A program made the position numbers and the translations under genes. From positions 1 to 64,000 of the IMG/VR virus record IMGVR_UViG_3300032282_005530: a stretch of DNA of 64,000 bases. The stretch is one strand, 5' to 3'. Shown piece by piece: positions 8,792 to 19,200 of the stretch. The stretch comes from a virus. The notes beneath the pieces are model-generated. The model saw only the letters and a list, made by a program, of their open reading frames with translations. It did not search any database and was not told the origin of the DNA. Within the stretch, counting starts at the first letter, position 1. Every line of letters starts with the position of its first letter.

Positions 8792-11700
8792 TTACGGACC
8801 ACGTGGATTGCTGATCGGATTTGTTGTAGTGTTTGAAGTTGAAGTTGAGCGATATAACTCTCTAGAAAGAGAAATTAAATTTGTTAATTCTATTCTTAAA
8901 TAATCTTGTTGTATTTGCGTATCAGGATTTAGTGATGGAGTTTTTAAAATAAAATATTTATTAAAAATAAAATTTTCTATATCCGGATCATTTATTACTC
9001 CAATCGTAGGATTGGTATATGGCGATAAACGACATAAAATACTTTCATTTTCACGCATATTAAGAAACTTTTCTGCATTTAAAACTTTCCATTGTGGATT
9101 TTGAATATTTATCATTCCTTCCGAAGTTTCATCAATTGAAAAATCATTTAAATACTGTATTTCCATGATATTGTCAAAATAAAAATAATTTAATGCCTTG
9201 TTTTCTATTGCTTTATCAAAAGTTGTATAAGCAAAATAATTATCTAAAAATTGCAAAAAATCCGTAGTTCTGGCAGCCATTGCTTTTATGTGATATGGTG
9301 CATTCAGTAATTTTTGCTCATAATATGGACTATTGGAATATCTACCGTTTCTAAGATTTTTTAATATATCTGTTAAAAGGAATGAAAATAATTGTATATT
9401 CTGTCTTTCAGAAAAATCAAATTTAGTTCCTTTAATTACTGGTATAGAAATAGCAGTTAAAAATTTTAACAATTCTTCTGCATTTGGCTGCTCTATTGAT
9501 GGATTGGCCACAGAATTACCTAGTGATGCCATACTAGGTGGTGATGGTCCGACAGATACTTGTTGACCATTTGTACTTGCAATGTTATAATTTAAAAAAT
9601 CGCAGTTAAAATAAGTTTTCCATAATTCTTCTAAATCAAATATTATTCTTTGTTTATTGGTTATAGAAAAACTTCTTGATCCATCTTCATTGTTTAAAGG
9701 ATAAAATCGTTTAGATAATTTTACATTTTTTTCTAATTTAAATTGCATTATTTCTGAAAATAAAGAAGTCATATTTTCGAAAATATTACCTTGATATATA
9801 CTTTTTACCTGTGAGGTTGAAGCGTTGTCAGCTCTGATGGCATCTTCAGTACTTAAACCCAGAGGAGATGTAATAACGGAATAATTTTTTAAATCAAATC
9901 TAACGGGACTAATGTGAGAATAACTATCAGTAGATGTATTTAATGATAAATTTACTGGCTGATTATTAATTTGAACAAAAAATGGCGGCAATAATGGAAC
10001 ACCATCATTATTTGCAGATGGAATATCAAAATATTTTTTAATTTCTTGCGTTATTCGAATATTGAAATTTTTAGCGTCTATTTGTCTTATTCCAACGTCT
10101 GATGCTCTTCTTTCTTTGCTCGTAGAAAAATAATCTACAGACATATTATTAGAATATCTACTATCATAGAAATTATTAAACATTTTTTTAATTTTAAATG
10201 TTCTCACTTCTCTTTCGGAAGAAGTTTTCTTAGTTAAATCATTATTTATTTGGGAAGAAGTATCTTTATTTACTTTTATTAATCTTTCAAGTGTCACTAT
10301 CATATAATCAAATAATTCAATTATTTTTGATATTGAAGTAGGATTTCCTGAACGAGGATTTAAGTAATTTTGTAATATAATTAAAAATGAATTTTTATCT
10401 TGTTCAGAAATATTCTCAGCACTAAATAAAGACAACGCATAAAGCAAAACTGAGGGTTCAATAATCCATGGTTCTCTTCTTATAAATTGTCTTTCTAATT
10501 GTTGTGCTAATTGATCAGATATTTTATTTGTTACAACATCGAAACCATGTGCTATAATATCCGTTCTTGTATTGTCTGAATTAAGAGTATTTAAATGTGG
10601 ATTATCATTTTCTAAAAAATATTTTTTCATTGTAGGCTTACTAACTAAATTATAATATCTAGTAAGACTATTTTTACTATTATTTAATATATTTAAAATA
10701 TCAGTTATTAATTTAATCGTTCCATCCTCAACTTCTAATTCCACACCATACTGATATGAACCTTCAAAATTTATTTTTTGTTGTAAAGTAAAAAGTTGAT
10801 CTGTAGCAGTGAAATATCTAATAGAACGAGAAACCATTTCTTTTGTAGCAAGATTAACTTCTCCAATAAAATTTCTACCATTTTCAGAACTAATTGTAAT
10901 AAAATCTTTCCACGATAATCTATCTCTAGAAGAAATAATACTAATTTCATTATCATAATTATTGTTTGAATTTTGTATTTCTTTTATCTGGGATATTTTC
11001 TTGTCAATTTGATTTTCAATTCTTCTTCTTTTTATATTTAATTTTAATATTCTTGATTTATTAATAGCTGCTTCCTTGAAATCACTATTTTTTGTATTAT
11101 ATAAATGTCCAAGAGAAGAAAAGTGTTTTAATGCTTTGTTAAAATCTATTCCAAAAATAAATTTTAAAACACCATCATAATCACGACTTAAAAATAAATC
11201 TGAAAAGATATTATCATTACCTGATAATTTAAAATTTGTTGACTGAATTTTTGTAATATCAGTAATATTGGAAGCAGATAAGAACAAAGAAGAAAAATCA
11301 ACTATCTTTCTTTCAATTTCTGAAATGTTTCGAAAATCTTGTACTTTATTATTAGCAACACTTGTTAATGTGAGATTAGCAGATGCTGGACCTTCTTCAT
11401 CTCCTGTTCTCCAAATATTTTGTGGCGATAAATGAACAGGACCATCCCATGTCTGACCATTCTCATCGACATATATATTACTTGTATCAACAACCCTAAA
11501 ACTATCAATAACTATTTCACTAGTAACTTTACCATTTTCTTCTAAAGATTCAGCAATATCATAATCGATATTAAAATCTTGTGATAATTTTTCAAGGTCT
11601 ATTCTAGATACGGCAAAATATGATAAATGCTCTGGATTTGTTTGTGTTAATTCATATGAAATTTGATATGGAACTTCATATATTAAATTACCATCATTAT

Positions 11701-12160
11701 CTGGATAAGATGAAAATGAATTTAACTGTGAGTTATTACGTAGAGAAATAGTTTTGATTGTCACATTAGATGATAATATGTTTCTTATTCTATTTCGCTC
11801 GGTTTCACGTGAAATAAAACTAGCACCACTTGATATGAATCCTGATGCAATTAATGAATTATCAGTTAATAATGAATTAAATTGATTTGTTCCTAATGTC
11901 TTTATCATATTATTAGAATAAGATAAAATACTGGTCGCATCTTTATTTGTTGATTGAAATACATCAACTTTTACGTATTTTATTATAACATTTTGATTAA
12001 ACCAAGTTCCAAATTGATCATTGTCTAAAGTTTCTTTTATTATTAAATTTAAATTAATTATTAATTTATTATTTTCTAAAGAGTTACTAATAGTTATTTT
12101 ATTTATAATAACTTTTGGTAAAATACCTTGTAAAACTTGTTCTTGTGCTGTTGCGACCAC
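8792..12160 (-). CDS. Large hypothetical protein, probably virion (1122 aa)
   Basis: GTG start with GAGG SD; long ORF in structural block. Confidence 0.75.
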   Translation of the reverse strand: MVATAQEQVLQGILPKVIINKITISNSLENNKLIINLNLIIKETLDNDQFGTWFNQNVIIKYVKVDVFQSTNKDATSILSYSNNMIKTLGTNQFNSLLTDNSLIASGFISSGASFISRETERNRIRNILSSNVTIKTISLRNNSQLNSFSSYPDNDGNLIYEVPYQISYELTQTNPEHLSYFAVSRIDLEKLSQDFNIDYDIAESLEENGKVTSEIVIDSFRVVDTSNIYVDENGQTWDGPVHLSPQNIWRTGDEEGPASANLTLTSVANNKVQDFRNISEIERKIVDFSSLFLSASNITDITKIQSTNFKLSGNDNIFSDLFLSRDYDGVLKFIFGIDFNKALKHFSSLGHLYNTKNSDFKEAAINKSRILKLNIKRRRIENQIDKKISQIKEIQNSNNNYDNEISIISSRDRLSWKDFITISSENGRNFIGEVNLATKEMVSRSIRYFTATDQLFTLQQKINFEGSYQYGVELEVEDGTIKLITDILNILNNSKNSLTRYYNLVSKPTMKKYFLENDNPHLNTLNSDNTRTDIIAHGFDVVTNKISDQLAQQLERQFIRREPWIIEPSVLLYALSLFSAENISEQDKNSFLIILQNYLNPRSGNPTSISKIIELFDYMIVTLERLIKVNKDTSSQINNDLTKKTSSEREVRTFKIKKMFNNFYDSRYSNNMSVDYFSTSKERRASDVGIRQIDAKNFNIRITQEIKKYFDIPSANNDGVPLLPPFFVQINNQPVNLSLNTSTDSYSHISPVRFDLKNYSVITSPLGLSTEDAIRADNASTSQVKSIYQGNIFENMTSLFSEIMQFKLEKNVKLSKRFYPLNNEDGSRSFSITNKQRIIFDLEELWKTYFNCDFLNYNIASTNGQQVSVGPSPPSMASLGNSVANPSIEQPNAEELLKFLTAISIPVIKGTKFDFSERQNIQLFSFLLTDILKNLRNGRYSNSPYYEQKLLNAPYHIKAMAARTTDFLQFLDNYFAYTTFDKAIENKALNYFYFDNIMEIQYLNDFSIDETSEGMINIQNPQWKVLNAEKFLNMRENESILCRLSPYTNPTIGVINDPDIENFIFNKYFILKTPSLNPDTQIQQDYLRIELTNLISLSRELYRSTSTSNTTTNPISNPRGP

Positions 12161-12172
12161 TTAAATACCTCT

Positions 12173-13204
12173 TTAGCAGTTCTTTATGTCATCTTCATTA
12201 AATGAACTATCATAAATAGAAGTTAATTGTTCTCTATTTTGCTGACGTTGTAAAGAATTATCAGTATATTCTTCGCAATCATAATTCGTATTATAAATTG
12301 AAGAATTTATATTTCTCATATTATTAATTAATTCGCAAATGAGATTTTTTTCAATTTCTTGATCAACCAATATATTAAAATAATTCATAGCCCTATATGG
12401 ATCTTGTTCTTTTAAAGTATTATAATATTCTACATCTTGTGAAGACATTTGTGGTGGATCTAATAAAATTCCATCTTTATATACTTCAAATTTCTGATCA
12501 AAAATTAATGGAATCATTTTTTCTTGTTCCGTATTTTCATTTTCAACCATAAACATTTCAATATCAAAATTTTTCATTTGATCTTCTACATTTTTTTCTG
12601 TTAATTCAATCATCAAATAATCATCTTGTATATAAATTGAAGAACCATCTCCAAATGTAATTGGAACATTTATAGAATTATAATTCTGTGAATTTTCATT
12701 TGCGTTTATTGCACTGATTTTAAATTCTATTGGTTTCATTTCTAATAATGGTACTTTTAAATTCGGAATAGAACTACCAGTTTGTATGGTTGTTGTTTGC
12801 TGTATTTCTCCTCTTAGAATAGCAGCATTTATAGCAGGTATTTTTTTATCTCCTAAAAAGGATGTTCCTATTCTTTGACCATTTGAATAATGTTTTTCAA
12901 GATGAGGAGCAGAACTTAACATTTCTGTATTATTTTGATTTTGTTTAATTAAGAATAAATTTTTTTCTACTTCTTCTTCAATTCCAGTAAAAACATATTG
13001 AACTTTTTGTCTTGGTACTTCTTTTATTCTGTCTACGGCACTTGCATTTGTTTCTTCTACACCTGAATATTTTGCATCATAAATAATATCATCATCAAAA
13101 AAAGCATAATAAACAGGCTTTAATTTTCCTTTCGAAAGTAGATGTTTTCCATATTGTGTTAATTCTATTTGAATTACTTCTTCTTTCTGATTAAAAAATG
13201 TCAT
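12173..13204 (-). CDS. Structural protein; N-terminus resembles 4430..5365 (343 aa)
   Basis: IELTQYGKHLLSKG...YYAFFDDDIIY; ATGA overlap with upstream gene. Confidence 0.65.
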   Translation of the reverse strand: MTFFNQKEEVIQIELTQYGKHLLSKGKLKPVYYAFFDDDIIYDAKYSGVEETNASAVDRIKEVPRQKVQYVFTGIEEEVEKNLFLIKQNQNNTEMLSSAPHLEKHYSNGQRIGTSFLGDKKIPAINAAILRGEIQQTTTIQTGSSIPNLKVPLLEMKPIEFKISAINANENSQNYNSINVPITFGDGSSIYIQDDYLMIELTEKNVEDQMKNFDIEMFMVENENTEQEKMIPLIFDQKFEVYKDGILLDPPQMSSQDVEYYNTLKEQDPYRAMNYFNILVDQEIEKNLICELINNMRNINSSIYNTNYDCEEYTDNSLQRQQNREQLTSIYDSSFNEDDIKNC

Positions 13205-16200
13205 GTATTAATACTCCCAGAAACATATTCTAGTTCAACATCTACTTTGGCGGTTTCAACCAGAGAAAAATAATCATAAGGCCAGTTAAAACTATATGGC
13301 GCTACAGTTTTACCAGTAACAATTTCTGGGAACAATGAATCGTCTTTTGAATTTGCTGTCATTTTAAAATAATCTATTTCTGCTCTTCGTTTTACCTTGA
13401 ACATCAAGAATTTAATATTTGACGGTAATCCTTGTCCATGGAAGAAATCAAATAATGAATTTTTATGAGTTATTATTTGCTCTTCTCTTTCTGCTCTTGT
13501 AGCTATTTTTGGCATCACACCTTGCCAAATATTAGATAAATCTTTTTGCTCAAGAACGCTTTTAAATTCAGTAATATACATTACAAATGGTTTTATATCA
13601 TTATAAAGTATAAAATTTAAATTTGGTGGTATAACATATTTGTTCATAAGCTTAATCATTCTACTTATACTTGTATCAATTATGCTGCCATCTGTATCAA
13701 GATAATATCTTAAATCTACCGCTGGCTTCCCTTGTAGTATATTATCTCTTTGAATTGTAAACATGTTTTCATCAATTTTAAAAAAATTATGATTTTCTAT
13801 TAAAGTAGTTCCATTAGCAAATAATGTTTGTGGGTCTTCACCTCTATAATATACTATTCTCTGTTCCGGAACTGATTTTTCAGAATAAGGAATTATGACT
13901 AAAGCTTCAGAAATTTCTTTTGTATCTGCTATTTCTCCTATTCTTCTTGACAAAACACTCTTATTAAATCCACAAGCCTGAAGAAGAGAGCCGGTCTTTG
14001 AGCTGACTGTTAAACTTTTTATTCTTTCCGGATATGTTTCTGCAAGTTCTAAATATATTCCTTTGTTAGTAGGTATTTTTCCATATCCGCTCCACATTCC
14101 AATTCCAAAACCGGAACCTGTTGGAATAATATGTGAAGAAGAAATTTCTTTTAGTTCCAAATCTGCCGCAGATGCAGATAAAACATCTGTTGCTGATACA
14201 TAAGTACTGTCAGAAAAATCTAGTATTGGTGTTTCCATTTTTGTAGAAATTACCCATTGAAGAGGATTTCCAGCATTTGTGGCAGTTCCATTACTAAATC
14301 CACTTCCTTGTTGTGATAAAAATCCGCCTAAAAAGTTATTAGACAATGTACTAGCAGAACGCAAATCAACTGTTTGTATTCTAAATTGTTTTGTACCCAT
14401 AAGTTCTACTGAAGAACTTAATGGCATTGCTACTTCATTATACAGACTACCAGAAGGATACTTCGAAGAATTAATTAAACCGGTATTGCTGAAAGTCATT
14501 GTCAGATTTGGCAATATTTCATCTAAAGTATATTTTCTACTTCCATCATAGGGCTTAAATGAAATAGTTGCTATTGCGTTTCCATAAAAATATGGTGGAG
14601 TATATGCTGCATATGCTGGATCTTCAAGAACTTTATGCATACTCAAATTGTTATTTATTGACGTCAAATCCGTATTTGAACCACTCCAAAATGCTGGTCC
14701 AAAATACATGCCTTTCATTTTTCCATAATTATCATCTAATGAAGAAGAATAAGAATCTGCCATAGTGATAGATTTATTTCTTAAAACAACATTCATATAA
14801 TATGTTTTTGATGCATCAAGAGTTAAGAACTCTGTTTCTGGTCTTGAGAAAAATGCAGTTAATTTTGATTCTTTTAAGAAAAAATTAATTGTTTCTGCTA
14901 AGAAATTATTTATTGCTAAACTATAGATTGAATTAGAATTATTTTCTAATTCAAAGAAGCTTTGAAATTTATATTTATTACCAGCAGATTTTCCAAAATC
15001 AGCAGCATCGCTTTCTAGATTAATTTCTCTTGATTTCATTATTCTATTTTCTTCACCTTTTTCAGAAGAAGAAACAGGCAAACCTCTAAAAACATCTAAA
15101 ATTGTTTCAAATGGAATTCTATATGATGGTTTTTGATTTAAATTAGTAAAATAATTATTTATTGGCAACGAACCGGTATAAACCGCCCAATCAACTGCTA
15201 TGCCAGATTTGATTAAATTATAAAATATACCAGGTGAATATAATGGCTCCAAGAAAGCACTTTCTTTAGAAAATTTTTGCAAATAACCATCAGAAGATGT
15301 ATGGTAAAACAATCCATCTATTATATTTGAACCAGTTTGCAATAAGAAGCCACCTTTAACAGAATCTGTATCAAGATAAGAGTCTTTTAAATAATTTACT
15401 AGTTTTATACTATAATCTTGTGGATAAAAACCATTATAAGGTAATAATTTTTTAACTGCTTTTATTTTAAAAGTTATATTATCTAATTTTGTTAATTCAC
15501 GATTTTGATCTTGTATTTGGTCTCTTAAACTAAATTCAATATTATTGACAAAATTATCTAAATTTATTTTCCTTTCATTACCATTATTTTCTTTTATTAA
15601 TGAAGGAATTTTATTAGATATATTAAATTCTGGTATTACCGAATAAGAACCAAGATAGTCATTTGACATCAAACGAACATCTTCATAAAAATCTTCATAA
15701 CTATCGTACCATGGATTTATTCCCGATAATTTTTCAGTATATCTGTTTAATCCCAAATCAATTGAAGATGATTTTAATATATGGTTTTGTGTCTCATTCA
15801 TTGAGCAAGTTATAATAGAACTATGCTCATAAACATATTTTGGAGATACTGCAAGTGCTGAAGGATCTCTAATATTGACACCTGGATAAGACAGATTGTT
15901 TTTTAAAACAACATTTAAATTTTCACGAGATGTTGTAGAAATACTGTTAAAGAAATATCTTTCAGGCAAAGACCATACAGGATGTTGTTCGAATAAGTAT
16001 TGATTGGAAGAACTATTCCAACTAACAGAAGTAAAAATTAATTTATTATTTAATTCTGCTCCATTTTTAAATGCAGTATCTATTAAAGAACTTGAAATGC
16101 TAGAACCAGAAATATAATTATCATAACTTATATTATTTGTATCTTCTATTAATTCAAGTGCAGATATACTTGGAGTTTGAAACGGCAATTCATACTGAGA

Positions 16201-19200
16201 ATCAACAGTTTCTCCAATTGAATTAATATAACTTTTTGAAGTTCTCATTCTATTTTGTTGCTGATCTCTCCAGAATGCTCTTTGAGTTCCAAGTTGGCGA
16301 TCGTATCCATCAATACTGTAACCAGGCTGATCGGTTATATAATCAGTTCTTTTTCTAAATTGTTTTAAACCTGTAAATTTAGAATTTGGAAATATTGTCT
16401 CATTATATGAATACCCAAGTAATCTTTGAATAGGATTATCGGTAGATTCAAGAAAATTAGTATAATTTCTATATAATACATCATACATTTGAAATGGTTG
16501 ATTTAATGTTTGTAATCCAAGTATTGTTTCTATTTCTTTATTTGAAAAACGTTCAATATTATTCTCGTATGTATGTATTATTTCTAATCCTGAATTTGGA
16601 TTTCTTGAATTCTTTAAAACAATTCTATGTTTTAATGGTTTATTATTTAAATTAATTGGAGGTTCTTTAAATCTAAATGATGTATCATATTTATCATTTA
16701 AATTAAAAGAAATAATATTTGTATTTTCTGTTGTTAATTTTCTTGTTATAGGATGTTGGCTGTTTCTTATTGATTTCCAACTTGCTGCTTGATATGGTCC
16801 ATTAAAATATGTTGAATAGCTTACTAGTCCAGTATTTTCTGGGGTTATATTTGCAGACGAAGTAAAGGCAATAATTGATACATTTTTATTTCCTTTTTCA
16901 TCTATTAATTGTGAAGTATCTTTATCTATTATCGATGAATAAACGTGTATTGGAGCAGGTATTTTAGAATTATCTAATTTATGTTCAGAATATTTTTTAG
17001 GCTGCATTCCATAAGAAGATTTACTTGTTCTATATAATTCATTAATTTGTTCTTCAGTTAAAGTTTTATCCCATATTATTATATCGTGCAAATTGTAGTT
17101 GTATCTTGGAGAGTTGTTCTTTGAAGGAATAAATAAATTAGTAATATTTAAATTTTTATATAATTTTGCTTCTGTGGCTAATCCAGCATCAATATATATT
17201 TTATTATTAACAGTATTCAAAGTTGATACGCGTTTTGTTGAACCAATTCTAAGAGTTTCTGAGCTTAAATCAGTTACGAGTGTGATCAAATGCCAATTAC
17301 CATCGTTGACAAATGGCTGTGATTTTTTAGTATTTGTTATTCCACTTCCACTAACAAATAGACTTGAACCGGTTGGCGATACATTTAATAATAAGCTATG
17401 ATCAAAATCAGAACCACTATATTGTAATATAGGTATTGGTGAATTTCCATTAAAATTAAATTCATGTATTGAATCAGTGTGTTCACCAATAATATATAAT
17501 TTTTGTTGTTCTTGATTAGTTTCTCTGATAAACAAACCTGTTCCGGATGCTTCATATGCTGAAACATCTAGAGTATATTCATTGATAAGATTAAAATCAG
17601 AAGTTAAATCCCACGGTCTTTCTAAGTTATATGAATAGACACTTTTTGTAGTTTTATCAAATATAATTACTCTTCTTCCTTCTGCTCCTCCTATATGAAG
17701 CGCATTTGGACTTCCAGTAATAGATTTAGAAGTAGCAGAACCGGTAGAACTTAAATCCCACGGATCAGAAAGAGTTTTTTCATAAATCTTATTATTAACA
17801 TCTCCAACTACATACAATTTTGTTCCATCTGGTTTAAAATATAAGTCTCTTGGTCCAGCATCATCATTGAACGCATAAAATGTTGCTAAATAAGCCGTTG
17901 TAATATTCCAAGAAGTTATTATATATCTGTAGATCGCTACATTCGGAAAAGAACTTATTAAATATAAACTATTACCATCCGGACTTATATAAATACCTCG
18001 AGGCTGAGTCGACTGAATAGATATGTTAAAAGAACCAGCAGAAGAGGTTGTTGTCAAATCCCATGGAGTAGATAAATCAAATTGATATATTCTATTATTG
18101 GCATTTCCAACAATATATACTCTTGTTCCGTCAGATTTAAAAAACAATCCTTCTGGCTGATTATCGGTTGAATTATAAGAATACGATCCAACATATGTTG
18201 AATCTGAAAGATCATAATTAAGATATTCAGATGTTTTCATCCACAAAGAAATACTAAAATCTTTTCTTAAAATATCAGATGAAATATTGCTCAAATCAAC
18301 ATACGTATTGCTTAAACCATTAAATGTTAAATATTTTCTATCTCTATACATAGTATTTGTATAGGTACTTACAAACACTTCATCTTTATCAATTGCGCCA
18401 CTTATACCTAAGTGATCTCCAAATGGACTATTTAACTGAAATTCTAAATCAGTAAAAGCACCATTAGAATTATAAAAACTGGCTGTGCTATATGGATGAT
18501 TAAAACTTTGATATTCTATTGGTTGCTGGTTTGAGCTTATAGAATCTGCAATCCACTTATATCTCAAATCGGTTGCCGGTATTGAATGCTGAACCCAAAA
18601 ATTGTCATGTCTTGAATAATTTAGTTCTTGTATTTGCTTTAATTCATTAACATATACAATACCAGAATTATATCCTGCTGCGCTGGCTGCATCTTCATCT
18701 TGATAAGCGCCGACAACAAATACACTTGCATCTGAATTTAATTGAACTCTAAAACCAAAATAATCACCAGCATTTATTGCTAAAGAACCAGTGATTTTGA
18801 GAGTTTCTGTCCATCCAACACTACCAGATCTAAAAATATAGGCAACACCAGAAGAAGAAGCATTCGGGTCTACTTCATCATCACGAGCACCTACTGCAAG
18901 TATATCACCAGATGAATTAAGAGAAACACTAGTACCAAATCGATCGTTTTCGTGGGCCAAGGAGCCAGTTAAGGCAGCTGTTTCTATCCACCCAGAACTG
19001 CCAGAAGAGAATATATAAACAACACCAGAAAATAAATCATTCGGAACATATTCATCAGCCCAAGCACCAACAGCAAGAATATTGCCTTCAGAGTTTAAAG
19101 ATAGAGAAATACCAAATTGATCGTCCACATCAGTTGCATAACTTCCTGTTAATACAGAACTTTCAATCCAGCCAGAACTACCAGAAGAAAACATGTAAAC

